64,000 nt of DNA from contig OZ037771.1 in the NCBI GenBank assembly GCA_964035545.1, positions 8,859,408-8,923,407 of the forward strand, read 5' to 3'. Below, in pieces: positions 12,401 through 23,100 of the stretch; position 1 is the stretch's first letter; every line of letters begins with the position of its first letter. The notes beneath the pieces are model-generated. The model was not told the origin of the DNA. It worked only from the letters and a program-made list of their open reading frames with translations, and did no database searches. This stretch comes from Bugula neritina. Taxonomy: Eukaryota; Animalia; Bryozoa. The position numbers and the translations under genes were made by a program.

Positions 12401-15400
12401 GTAGCTAATGTGACCCAGATGTCGGTAGCATTGAAAGTCGCACAGATGACTGACATGCTAGCCAAACTGGTCGCTACATTAGCTCCCCCAAGCCAGGTAG
12501 ATACCGCCCGTGAGCCTTGCGGGCCGCAGGTACAATCACCAGGCACGGGGCATAACTTCTGCTGGGGATGTGGGAGGCCAGGACATTTCCAGAAGAACTG
12601 CCCTTAACTCCAACAAGGGTTAAACTACCACGGCCCACAGATGTTCCCACCTCTTGCGGGCCGCCGGTAAATCACCAAGGGAGGACAACGCGTCTACCGC
12701 CTCGCTGGGCGCCACGCGAAGATGCTGTGAAGTGGCAACCCCCACGGCAAGTAGGCTGTTCAAGCCACTTGTCACCTGGGTCCTCTATGCCACTCCAACA
12801 CGGATCCGGCGGACGTTCGACCTCAGAGCCTGCGAGGGAAACGGTACAGGCGCCGCAAGGCATACCGCTTCAACCTCGGCAGCTGGTCAATAGTCGTCGC
12901 CAACCGTGGACCCCTCGACCCACAGCGAGGGAGGTGCAACCACGGCACACACAGATGCAGCCACACGGAAGTAGCTACTTTCTGCCAGGAAAGCAAGCTG
13001 GCAAGCCTGCCAATTTCTTTCTGGACTTGGGCTGCACCACCAACCTCCTTAGCCGTCAGTTCTTTGACACCCTCAGCGCTAAGGTCAGGGACAGTCTGGC
13101 ACCGTATGAAGGGGATCATGGCACCCTGGCAGACGGGTCGTGCATTCCCTTCTACAGCATTATTGAGCTGACTAGGTACGTCCGTAACCAGGCCATCCAG
13201 GAGACGTTTATCGTCGGACAGCTCAATGAGGATGCTATCCTCGGGATGCCATTCTTACAACGACACTGATGTTGCATCGATTTCAGTAAATCTGCGATTA
13301 TCATGGGCAACAGGGAGCTCACCTGTGTCGATAAGTTTGGTCGTCCTCTAGCAGGAGGAGTGCAGGTAGTACGGAGCTGTACGATACCAGGCCACTCCCG
13401 GGCTACCGCCCGCTGCAAAGTAGACCGTGGCCAGACCTCTAGGTTGGGAGTTGGCGAAAGTACACACTCAAAAATCCAACTTGCCTGTTGCTTTAGCCGG
13501 CTCACGGGACAAGGAGAGATCTCAGTGCAGTGCGTCAACCCCTCCTCAGAGACGGTAGACCTACCACTCAGGTCCATACTGGACAGCTTCCATCCTGTCC
13601 AGGAGAAAGCCATTGGGCCGTCGTTGGGAGCTACGACGGAAGGTCCTCAGCAGAGCCCGTCTCAAGAGCGGAGGACCGTCCCAACCCACGCCTCCCATCC
13701 TCCAGGAACGCGTGGCTATACAGGCAACGGAAAGCGCCATGCTATGGCCAAGTTGCCACACAGGTACAGTGAGGCACCTCGCCACACAGACCATGGCGCC
13801 CGCCTAAATAGAGCGGTCTGTCGTGAGGTACCACGGGCGACGGCGACCACCCCTACAAGAGGAGGTGAGACCCGAAGAAGAAGAGCGGAGCTCCCCCACA
13901 GTCCCCGTTGCCAACGCGGAACCCGGGCCAGCCCCAACAAAGGGCTGACACGCCCCCAGAGGCCGTCCAGAGCCTCCGCGCCAAACTTGTATGGGCTGGT
14001 AACGTTAGGGAGCTGCCGAAACTCCAGAGCAAATTTTTTGAAATGTTCAATAAACAATTTTAATTCTAATAATGATTCTACTAATTTTCGGACTAATGCA
14101 CCTTCGGACTAATGCACCTTCGAACTAATGCACCTTCGGAGCGAAGCACCTACGGAGTATTGCTCTGTCCCCATTCATATGTGACACAAAAGTAATCATA
14201 ACTAAGTGCTCTTCCTAGCACCACCAATGGTCTTTAATACATTGGGCTTGAACCCATGACTTTGTGTTTACTAAGCCAAACACCCAAACCCTTAGACTAC
14301 GGCTGTCCCAAATGTATGTTGCGTAATGAATACCATGTTATTATAGAATTTAGTCCGAACTCACTTTAATTCTACATAAAGCATTTGAGTACAACCAATG
14401 CCAAATGATGAGGAAGAATTAAAAACTTTCAATTAAAAAAGAAACAAAGTTTTAATCCTCGTTAATAGTCTTGTGTGCTTTTGCTATATACTCTACAATT
14501 TTAGGTAAAACTGGTACAGGGACAATTGGCCCGGTAATAATGGCACAAATGAAAATGTAGGTAAAAATGGGGCACGGATAATAAATTTTTCAAAATCCCA
14601 AACCCAAGCATCCAACCCTTAAACCCATATCCCAAACTCAAACTCCCATCCTCAAACTTAAACTCCTATTCTAAACCTCAACCACCACCCCAAACCATAA
14701 TATTAAAAATATGTTTTTTTGTCTGTGCCATTTTTAACGGACCCCATGCTTTACATAATTACTATACAATGTATAACTTAATTTTTCAACTAGTGTTATT
14801 CATGCAGTCGCCTGTCTAGTGCATCTACAGCTTTAGATGGTAGAATTTAAAATAATGCAGTGGTTTATTGTTTTTGAACACTTAGAATAATGTATGCTAT
14901 TTTGGGAGCTGCAAATTCCTCTCAATGTGCTCACAGATTACCCTCCATTTGGCAAATATGATCCAACGATACCGTCTTTCACAATTGATTCTATGAAGTC
15001 AGAGTACAATGCCAGTGTCATGTGTGAAGGATTCAACATTGCTGGTTATGTGCACCGGACGTCGGCTCTTATTTTAGGTGGTTAGTATACTTGTTTATTG
15101 GCTTACTAGACAATTAGCTAACATTCAAGTTGTATATTCAACTTATAATGTATGCAAATTAAAACGAGCTAACAAACACATTGTTCCCACTTCTCACTGT
15201 AACAGTTTCAATATTTGCTGGTTTAAGGATGTAATAGATTTGGGAATCTAATAATGCCTTAATTATTTTATTTGCATTGTTTTTATAGGTAATATCTTGG
15301 TGTAGTTTTCTTAATGCCTTGATTGTGGTTATTATAGATAAACTGTTGGCCTAGTTTATTTGTTTATTTTACTTTGTTCACTTACACTTAAATTCTTTTG

Positions 15401-16092
15401 AGTGCCAACTTCTAGAGTATAAAAGGGCAAGCTCACGGGCGCATATAGATAGAGTTTACTGCTGGAGCTCAGAGAAGACACCTCTTATACATAGACTACT
15501 GCAACTTTTTCTTGGAAGATATCCCAATAAAGCTACTCTACATCTATAATTGTCTTCTCTTTCTTTTACAAGGGGATATGTTTGCCAGTTGATATTTTGC
15601 CAACCCACAATATTATCACAATGCAAACATTGTATAAATGTGGTTTTTAAAATTTCAATAATTGCATAACCAAGAGTAAATGCATATATGCTTTATAAGA
15701 AGTAAGCTAAGTTGAGTTTACACACATGCACCATATACGTCTGTTGCAGATCAACTTCCTGTAGTAGCCTATGAGCCTAAGAATGAATGGGTAGCTATAA
15801 TGCTGTCCATCGGAGCTCTCCTGGTAATTAGTCTTTACTTTTATATTATAAATAAATGAATTACTCAACAGTGTAAAATAACAGTAACTTTCTGGGTAAT
15901 TAAACCAACTCCCCTTATGTCTTTTGCACTAATGACTGGGCCATAGCTGGTTCTACCAAACGTTTAAAATTTCGTTTTCCCTATGTTTTATGATTATAAC
16001 TACGCACTTTTAAATGCCAATTTCATGTAAATATTGCTGTTAACTGCAATTTGCAAATAATTAACACCTATGAAGAAAAGATGTTAGTTACA

Positions 16093-16123
<31 letters not shown>

Positions 16124-16485
16124 CATACACACCATACACACCATACACGCAGCACAAGTATTATGTTAAACTGCAACTCGCCTACTTGTAGATGTGTGTC
16201 ACAGTATTCTCCATAATGTATTGGAAGAGAGTTCTTTGTTTCAAAAGAAGGCGGCACAGGAGAGGAAAAAAATCTAGACGTCATAATCAGCCAGAGGTAG
16301 AGATTGAAGAAGAGGTTGGAGCTATTTACAGGGTTGAAGATAATATGTACAGTGCTATGTACCAGACTGCCCCTGCAGATATCCCACAATTTATTTCAGG
16401 AAACCAATTTACCGTTGACGATGATGAACCAGAAAAATTCAAAGTTCGTAAATCAAAATTGAAATCTACTAAAGTTGGTGATTAG
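3213..16485 (+). CDS. Single-pass type I Ig-superfamily receptor, 3' part (5' exons not identified); at least 2.5 Ig-like domains, TM helix, Tyr-containing tail
   Basis: Phase-consistent GT-AG exons 3213-3483, 6213-6417, 10589-10745, 14937-15080, 15750-15823, 16192-16485. They join into 'GDLYIYHI..FICNC...CNIDCVFGGSSP...WICELYE..VTLKVRVLNLPKF...AVFICKI...FTIDSMKSEYNASVMCEGFNIAG...WVAIMLSIGALLMCVTVFSIMYW-KR'. AATAAA at 16596. Confidence 0.8.
3674..3882 (-). mobile_element. tRNA-derived SINE, family 1
   Basis: Reverse complement of the SINE at 23641-23860. Confidence 0.75.
4610..4860 (-). repeat. Dispersed repeat (other copies at about 11070-11310 and 62275-62380)
   Basis: Shared motif ctctgygggyggcatgcgt..tgcctacttg in three places, plus the shared flank motif agcaagctattca/agcaagcctgtaattag. 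Confidence 0.6.
4918..5480 (-). pseudogene. gag: Degraded Gypsy gag fragment of the B-F lineage
   Basis: 'APIFSGEADVEQFIAEFSDV', 'LRARFGLTAGDARVQLQGLRR', with in-frame stops. Confidence 0.8.
5955..6022 (-). mobile_element. tRNA-like SINE head or tRNA pseudogene (family 2)
   Basis: Minus strand has A-box TAGTGTAATGG and B-box GATTCGAATCC; stems are imperfect. Confidence 0.55.
6213..6417 (+). CDS. IgSF receptor exon (phase 2 to 0)
   Basis: ttgttag|T...AAG|gtagct; encodes SPIVFNAF...WICELYEPATHKTLSQVTLK. Confidence 0.75.
7199..10466 (-). mobile_element. Old degraded Gypsy element (gag-PR-RT remnants) with diverged ~227 bp LTRs
   Basis: Direct repeats TG..CA at 7199-7425 and 10241-10466. tRNA-Leu-type PBS at about 10198-10212. 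Broken gag 9600-10150, PR ('LLLDTE'), RT ('KVLPFRLTSALATFQQL', 'SKCTLLQPEVK'). RNase H/IN missing. Confidence 0.8.
10589..10745 (+). CDS. IgSF receptor exon (phase 0 to 1)
   Basis: aatag|GTG...CGAG|gtaagc; encodes VRVLNLPKF...AVFICKIQN...YYNGRKVTR. Confidence 0.8.
10916..14172. mobile_element. Non-autonomous TIR DNA transposon with 8-bp TSD and 17-bp subterminal tandem repeats; contains nested element F
   Basis: Termini GGGTGACTAGTCAATA / reverse complement GGGGACAGAGCAATA. TSD ATTTATAT/ATTCATAT. (ccgaaggtgcattagt)-like arrays at about 10935-11020 and inverted at about 14087-14160. Confidence 0.7.
11420..14030 (+). mobile_element. Element F: 3'-truncated non-autonomous Gypsy (5' LTR, gag, PR, no RT)
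   Basis: LTR 11420-11703 (TG..CA) preceded by ATAT. PBS TGGTGGCAGCGGTGGGAT at 11705-11722. gag broken by a small deletion near 11957 and a TAA at 12605. PR has a TGA at 13267. Internal region closely resembles B/E. Confidence 0.9.
14503..14745. mobile_element. Probable small MITE with (ctaaaccc)-like internal repeats
   Basis: ggtaataatggcaca ... tgtgccatttttaacgg inverted pair around an aaaccc-rich core. Confidence 0.4.
14937..15080 (+). CDS. IgSF receptor exon (phase 1 to 1)
   Basis: tcacag|AT...G|gttagt (alternative donor 3 nt earlier); encodes the Ig E-F-G strands FTIDSM..YNASVMCEGFNIAGY. Confidence 0.8.
15750..15823 (+). CDS. IgSF receptor exon, start of TM helix
   Basis: ttgcag|AT...CTG|gtaatt; encodes DQLPVVAYEPKNEWVAIMLSIGALL. 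Confidence 0.8.
16090..16150. repeat. (CA)n / (CACCATACA)n microsatellite
   Basis: Direct reading. Confidence 0.9.
16192..16485 (+). CDS. IgSF receptor last exon (end of TM, cytoplasmic tail)
   Basis: ttgtag|ATG TGT...; MCVTVFSIMYWKR, a basic stop-transfer segment, stop TAG, then a polyA signal. Confidence 0.8.
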   Translation: MCVTVFSIMYWKRVLCFKRRRHRRGKKSRRHNQPEVEIEEEVGAIYRVEDNMYSAMYQTAPADIPQFISGNQFTVDDDEPEKFKVRKSKLKSTKVGD

Positions 16486-16939
16486 TTGTTAGTGTGGCGC
16501 AAAAGTTCATTACTTTTACAGACATTGTTCAAAATTATTTGTTGTATTTTGTGTCTATGTTTACCTGTAGTAACAATTTCTCCTTTTCTTAAGTCAATAA
16601 AGTATTCAAATTGTTGTGTTTATGTCAGCTTTTCAACTTCTCTGTTGAATATTATAATAATTTAGTTTTGAGATATCCAAATCACAAAGAATAAAAAATA
16701 ACCTTCTTTTGTGTGAACTGTAAACTGCATACTTAATCCAATTCTATTTTTATTTGATAGGATAATTAGTTAATCATAACACAACTTGTTACTGAAAAAG
16801 TTTCATTTGAAAATGCAAATCTCCAATGAATAATCCAGACATCAAGCAGTCTGTGCTAGGATCGAGCAGTTCATTTAATATGTTGCAGTTTTTTGAACAA
16901 AATGTTTAACTCTTTTTCAATAATTAACTTAGAAGTTTA

Positions 16940-19214
16940 GCTTTCGCTTGCCGATCATCATGCATGCTGTATGTAATGCAACTTTTCCAGAAGTTATATT
17001 AAATATTTTAGTGCTGTGAAGTTCTAACTGTATCGAGGGTTTTAGGGTTAAAATCAATAGAATATAGAAACGGCATGACTAGCATGGAGACGGCATGACT
17101 GGGTGTTGTCATTCCTGGTCGTAAACTATTGCATTATGTTTAGCAGGAGACCCTGGGGGTTATATTTCTGCTGGCCATTACGCTACCCAACGTGTGTTCT
17201 ATGTGCTTCAAAAATCTCAATGTCAATGAAAAAGAAAAACAGATAGGAGATTGTAATTTATGCGAATAATAAACTAAAATATAAACACATATTACGACAG
17301 GATGTCAGGATTTATGTATAATCAACACTACTGTGCACACCTATATATGCAGCTAAAGTCGTTGAAATGCTTAATACAGAGAGCTACGAGTTGCTTTGGG
17401 GAGGCTGTAGTAAATACGTTTGTAGCAGTAGCTGGCAGCATGTTTACATGCACACTGTGTGTATGCGTGTTTCATAGTCCATCATCATAGTATATTCATA
17501 GCTCCTAAACAAAACAATGAATTCCTACAACTGCGCAGCAAAAACCACAACTACTGAATCAAGTGCATTGCAAAAGTCTAAGACAACAAATCTGCCGGAA
17601 CATTTCTGTTCCCTTATTTGGAATTACTTGGGACTGGTGGTGCAATCTGGGTGACCAATAGGATCTGGAACACATCATTTTTGTTTATTTGTTTTTTGTG
17701 TATTATTCTGCTGCTGTTGGAAAGCATTGGTTATCCTGATCAGTTGCAATTAGTAGAGCCAAAGATCAAGTTATACTACTTATAATTTTACATTAAACAA
17801 GATACATATTACTAACTATTGAAACCTAAGAGCAGAAGCTGTATTATCAAGTTATCAGAGAAGTGCTAAAGGTTTGTCTGCTATTAATTTTTTTATCATT
17901 TATTGTCTTAATGCCTTAATATCGATACATTTAACTTATATTATATGAAATGGTTTATAGCTGACATTATTTTTAATGAATTATTATGCAGTAATATTTT
18001 GCTTACTTTAATAATTTTTATGTGTGTTATTTCCTTACAGTTCTTATTTTCTTGTACTTTATTTAGCCTTATATTGTGTGTATTTTATTTAGATTTCACG
18101 GTGTAGCTTTGTGAGCAAAAGTGTTATAAGTTGGAATAAAATACTAATAACTACACTCACAAGACATCAGTTTAATTCCTAAACCTACTCTGATAAGCTT
18201 GCGGTTGCTAGCAGACCTAACAAAACTGCTACAACGTTGGTAACTGGAAATAAATGTTTAGTTGCAAAGAAGTTAGTAAGCAACATTCAGATTCTTCTAG
18301 AGATGGACATTAAATGAAATGTTCAGGTGATGCATGCAATGTCTCCCGGATAGGAATGTAAATGGTTTGGGATAAAGGAGTTGTGCAATCAGTGTGATTA
18401 TAGAGGAGAGTTGTTAACTCAGTTGAGTAAAACTGACGCAGAAGAAAATGATTTTAAACCTTATTTCAATGGTGAGAGGTGGGTTATTCAGAGTAACTGG
18501 AGAAACCAAGACCCGCCTTAATTAGATGACTAACGTGCTGGATATTCTGTCCTACTAAACAGTGAACAAAGGATGGTGAGATAGTAGAGCATGATCACAG
18601 AGTGCATGGAGATGCATCAGGTTAAGCAACCCAACAAACTCAAAACTGTGCGCTCAGTGATGTATTATAAAGAATGAACTAATCATATGTCAGAAGCAAT
18701 CCAGGTATAGATATTGCAGTAATTGTTGTATGTTAGCTTATATGAAGAGCCAAGAGCATGATGAATAAGAAGTTAAGCAAGTGGGCATGTGCTAGTATAT
18801 TGCAGCCATTGTGTTCTTTCAAAGTTTGCTAGTTTTCAATACTATATAATTATATATAATATATCCCATTATAGGTTTTATTACATGAAACTACTATCAG
18901 ATGAGTTAAGCACATAATACTTTTAATTGTACCTAAAATATAATACACAGATATGTCGAAGGTAACAAATAGAGAACTACTTCAAATGATGCTTGTAAAG
19001 GTTTTAGGAGTTGGTGCTTTACTGATATTTAATAACCAATGAAATTTCAGCAATGACTACTGTAGCACAGCCTGCATACACAACATGAACTCAAGTACAA
19101 TCACCTATTCCATAAATTGACATCAATGAGTACAAAAAATACTATCATTATCAACAAGAGTACTGGGTAGGGCTGGTTATTCAGAATCTATCATTGCCTA
19201 TAGTAGCCATTAAT
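16940..19214 (+). repeat. 2.3 kb duplicated segment, copy 1
   Basis: Near-identical to 53663-54071 plus 59345-61216. Confidence 0.95.
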
Positions 19215-19903
19215 TGGTCTCACTGTGCTAAATACCAATAGAAATAGAAATCATGGGGATATCACGTTTTTTTATGTTTTTATTATTCGTTACTTTTCAC
19301 CTTGTGTTAAAAAGACAGAACTAAGATTTATATGTTCAGGACTTCTTTTGAAAGAATATATAATGAAATAGAAAGTAGACAACTCTGCCGTAAAACTGAG
19401 CTAATAAAATAAAATATTATTTCAAGAAATATGCGTAATCAAGTGACAGCAGGAAGTTCCCTTACAGCAGACTCTCTGTGAGTTAGCAATAAAAGACCTT
19501 ATCTGCACAAGGAATTACTGTTAGATAACACAAATACTTTAGATTTAGCAAATATCTAAGAATGTGAGATTAATTATTACAAACAGTTGCACAACTTATC
19601 TGAATAGATATATACTCTATTATATATACATCACACATGTACATTACAAATTATCGCAATCAGAAAATAAAAGCTCCTCAAAATCAGCATAATTTATAAT
19701 TTAGTAGATTTATAAAATGAAAATCATTTTGGTGAATCTACTGGTACATTATATACTTCAAGAATAAATATAATTTTGCAAGTTCATCTGCATGCAAATC
19801 ATACAACAATTAAAAGTCTAGCAATAGGCACCCCAAAGATAAAATATAAAATGGATAACCCAGAATACCATACTTGACCTGCTAGTTAGGAGTACTGCTC
19901 TGT

Positions 19904-20155
19904 TCAGACTATAATATTATTGGAAATAAGTGGTGCTCTGTCACCTTCAACCAGCTGTGGCTGAAACACTGAGTCATCGGTAGCATCTACCTCCCCATGC
20001 GTAGCTGCTGACGGCACATCAGCAGATGGTTGTGAAATAGCGGGCAGTGGTAATGTATCGGAAGAACTTAGCATTAGATCGGTTGTCCGGCTGTGGGGAT
20101 ACGGGTTTAGGGAATGTCCTGCATCATGGCGCTCTTGAGGACAGTTCCTGGAAAC
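19904..20155 (-). CDS. RNF13: RNF13-like last coding exon
   Basis: ctttaag|VSRNCPQ...EGDRAPLISNNIIV*; second [DE]xxxL[LI] motif. Confidence 0.7.
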   Translation of the reverse strand, partial: VSRNCPQERHDAGHSLNPYPHSRTTDLMLSSSDTLPLPAISQPSADVPSAATHGEVDATDDSVFQPQLVEGDRAPLISNNIIV

Positions 20156-23100
20156 CTTAAAGACAACAAGAAACTTTAAAAAGTCAAGTTAACTGACAGT
20201 ATTCGTCATTCCACCTTCATTTCAGCTTCTCTCACTCAGTTAAATCATGCATTGACTGTTTAGGTTTATTTCATTTTGAAAACACAGCTAAACAACGCCA
20301 TGATATTAGCTGATTCAAAGACATGCAAAGTCATATCATGTGTGTAAGTGAGCCATTATTATGAATTAATTCAACACAAGTAAGTACAAAACTTATAATT
20401 AAACCAATATGCTTGTGCACTACCCTGAAGTTGTATTTAGCTGATAGTCAAGATATATATCAATAATTCAATGCTGCATAAATGTAACGTGCCAGGATTT
20501 TTTCAAATTTGATTTTTATTTATACATAATATTTGTCACAACTACTAGCTATTAGTGTTACGGTAGAAGTCCCATGATACACACCTGTACCAAAATATTG
20601 GGCCGCAAATCATTTTCAGTATCAGACACCTCATCACTGGAAGAAGCAAATGGGTTTTCTTCATACCCCAACCTCCTATGAGATGACCTTTGATCAGCTC
20701 TGTTAGTATAAGCAGAGTTTGATGTGTGTCCTTCTGCAAATCACACCTGATTTTTAGCCATAGTTTTTACAAACTAATAAGACAAGTATGCCAGGTTATT
20801 TAGTGTGACACTTGGTTTGTAAGACTGAAGCAGACGCACCTGTTGCACCATACGGTCTGCCACCACCGACGGCACCCAGACCCTCGGAAGGCGGTACTCT
20901 ACTGGCACCAGCAGGAGGAGGAAGTAGTGGCGTCCTCTCAGAGGAAACTGGGTCACCAGAACCTTCATCTGAGTCAGAGGAGTTGGAGGAACGCCTGCGC
21001 CCCCTGCGAGCTGCTCTGGGTATGACTCTCCTCTTGCACACTGGGCACGTCTTCTTGTTCTTCAAGAGCCAGGGGTCAATGCACTTCTGGTGGTAAGCTA
21101 GAATCACAATGCAAAAGAACATGGCATGATAATCTTCAACAGACTACAGACATGTGAGTCTGAAGCTTTCAGACGAATATTATTCACTTATTACAGGGAG
21201 AAGACTTGGCAGTTGGAAAATATGACCTGTTTTCTTTATAATTCTAAATGAAAAAATGGATAAAGTTATTAAGAAAAGACAAGACTTGTAATTGAAACAA
21301 ACCTATGCTATTTACGATCAAGTTTTACAAGTTGCCAGCGCAGATTCAGTGAAAATACAACTACAAAAATAGACAAGCGACAAGTACACAGTAGACAGTT
21401 GTGTTGTGCAGCATTTTACTGAGTATCAGGGAGCAGCTCAACATCTTATGAAATCTATAGAGTTGCTGCTCGAACCAACCACCACTTCGTGGTGAAAACA
21501 GTTTACAAGACTTACATAAAAAATCTCTTCGACTAGTCTAATTGATTCTGAGAATACAATACCACTAACAGTGAGCACTGAGATACTAGCTGTAAGCACT
21601 GTTGTTTTCAATTTATTGCTTCTAATAGTAAATCTAGAAAGAAAAAGAATAACAATCTTGAGCTAAGCTAAGGAAAAAAATTAGTACAAAAAGAAGCAAA
21701 GGGGTACTGTCCGATAGCTTGAAGCTAGTAAGGAGACAGCCCGGCTTTCTATAGAATACGAAAAACCCCTGCCCAATCAATGCAGCAAGAAGGCCCTATT
21801 CGTACCAGCAGCACCATACTCCGCCCATAGACGGTCTGCTAACCTTGACTTCACCATCTCAGAAGTCATGCTCTCAAAATCATATAAATATTTATTAAAT
21901 AACTTGGCAGCTTCAAATAACATAGACCTTTGCCCTTTGTTTTAAATTTAATAGTTTTAATTGCATTGCTGAATTTCAATCTTGTCTCATAATTATGATC
22001 TATGGACAGCCCTGAGTTACTAACTGTGAGTACTGAGATACTAACTGTAAGTACTGAGTTACTAAGTGTAAGTACTGAGATACTAACTGTAAGTATCGAG
22101 ATATTAACTGTAAGTACTGAGTTACTAACTGTGGGTACCGAGTTACTAACTGTGAGTACTGAGATACTAACTGTAAGTACTGAGATACTAACTGTAAGTA
22201 CTGAGTTACTAACTGTAAGTACTGAGATACTAACTGTAAGTACTGAGTTACTAACTGTGAGTACTGAGATACTAACTGTAAGTACTGAGATACTAACTGT
22301 AAGTACTGAGATACTAACTGTAAGTTCTGAGTTACTAAGTGTAAGTACTGAGATACTAACTGTAAGTAATGAGTTACTAAGTGTAAGTACTGATATACTA
22401 ACTGTAAGTACTGAGTTACTAACTGTGAGTACTGAGATACTAACTGTGAGGACTGAGATACTAACTGTAAGTACTGAGTTACTAACTGTGGGTACTGAGA
22501 TAGTAACTGTAAGTACTGAGTTACTAACTGCGATTACTGAGTTACTAACTGTAAGTACTGACTTACTAAGTGTAAGTACCGAGATACTAAGTGTAAGTAC
22601 TGAGTTACTAAGTGTAAGTACTGAGATACTAACTGTAAGTACTGAGTTACTAACTGTGGGTACCAAGTTACTAACTGTGAGTACTGAGATACTAACTGTA
22701 AGTACTGAGATACTAACTGTAAGTACTGAGTTACTAACTGTGGGTACCGAGTTACTAACTGTGAGTACTGAGATACTAACTGTAAGTAATGAGTTACTAA
22801 GTGTAAGTACTGAGATACTAACTGTAAGTACTGAGTTACTAACTGTAAGTACTGAGTTACTAACTGTAAGTACTGAGTTACTAACTGTGAGTACTGAGAT
22901 ACTAACTGTGAGGACTGAGATACTAACTGTAAGTACTGAGTTACTAACTGTGGGTACTGAGATAGTAACTGTAAGTACTGAGTTACTAACTGCGATTACT
23001 GAGTTACTAAGTGTAAGTACTGAGTTACTAAGTGTAAGTACTGAGATACTAAGTGTAAGTACTGAGTTATTAAGTGTAAGTACTGAGTTACTAACTGCGA

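Larger units (their letters stand above)
10830..14307 (-). mobile_element. SINE family 1 copy split in two (10830-10915 and 14173-14307) by a DNA transposon
   Basis: The two halves join into a full copy of the 23641-23860 SINE. Confidence 0.7.
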
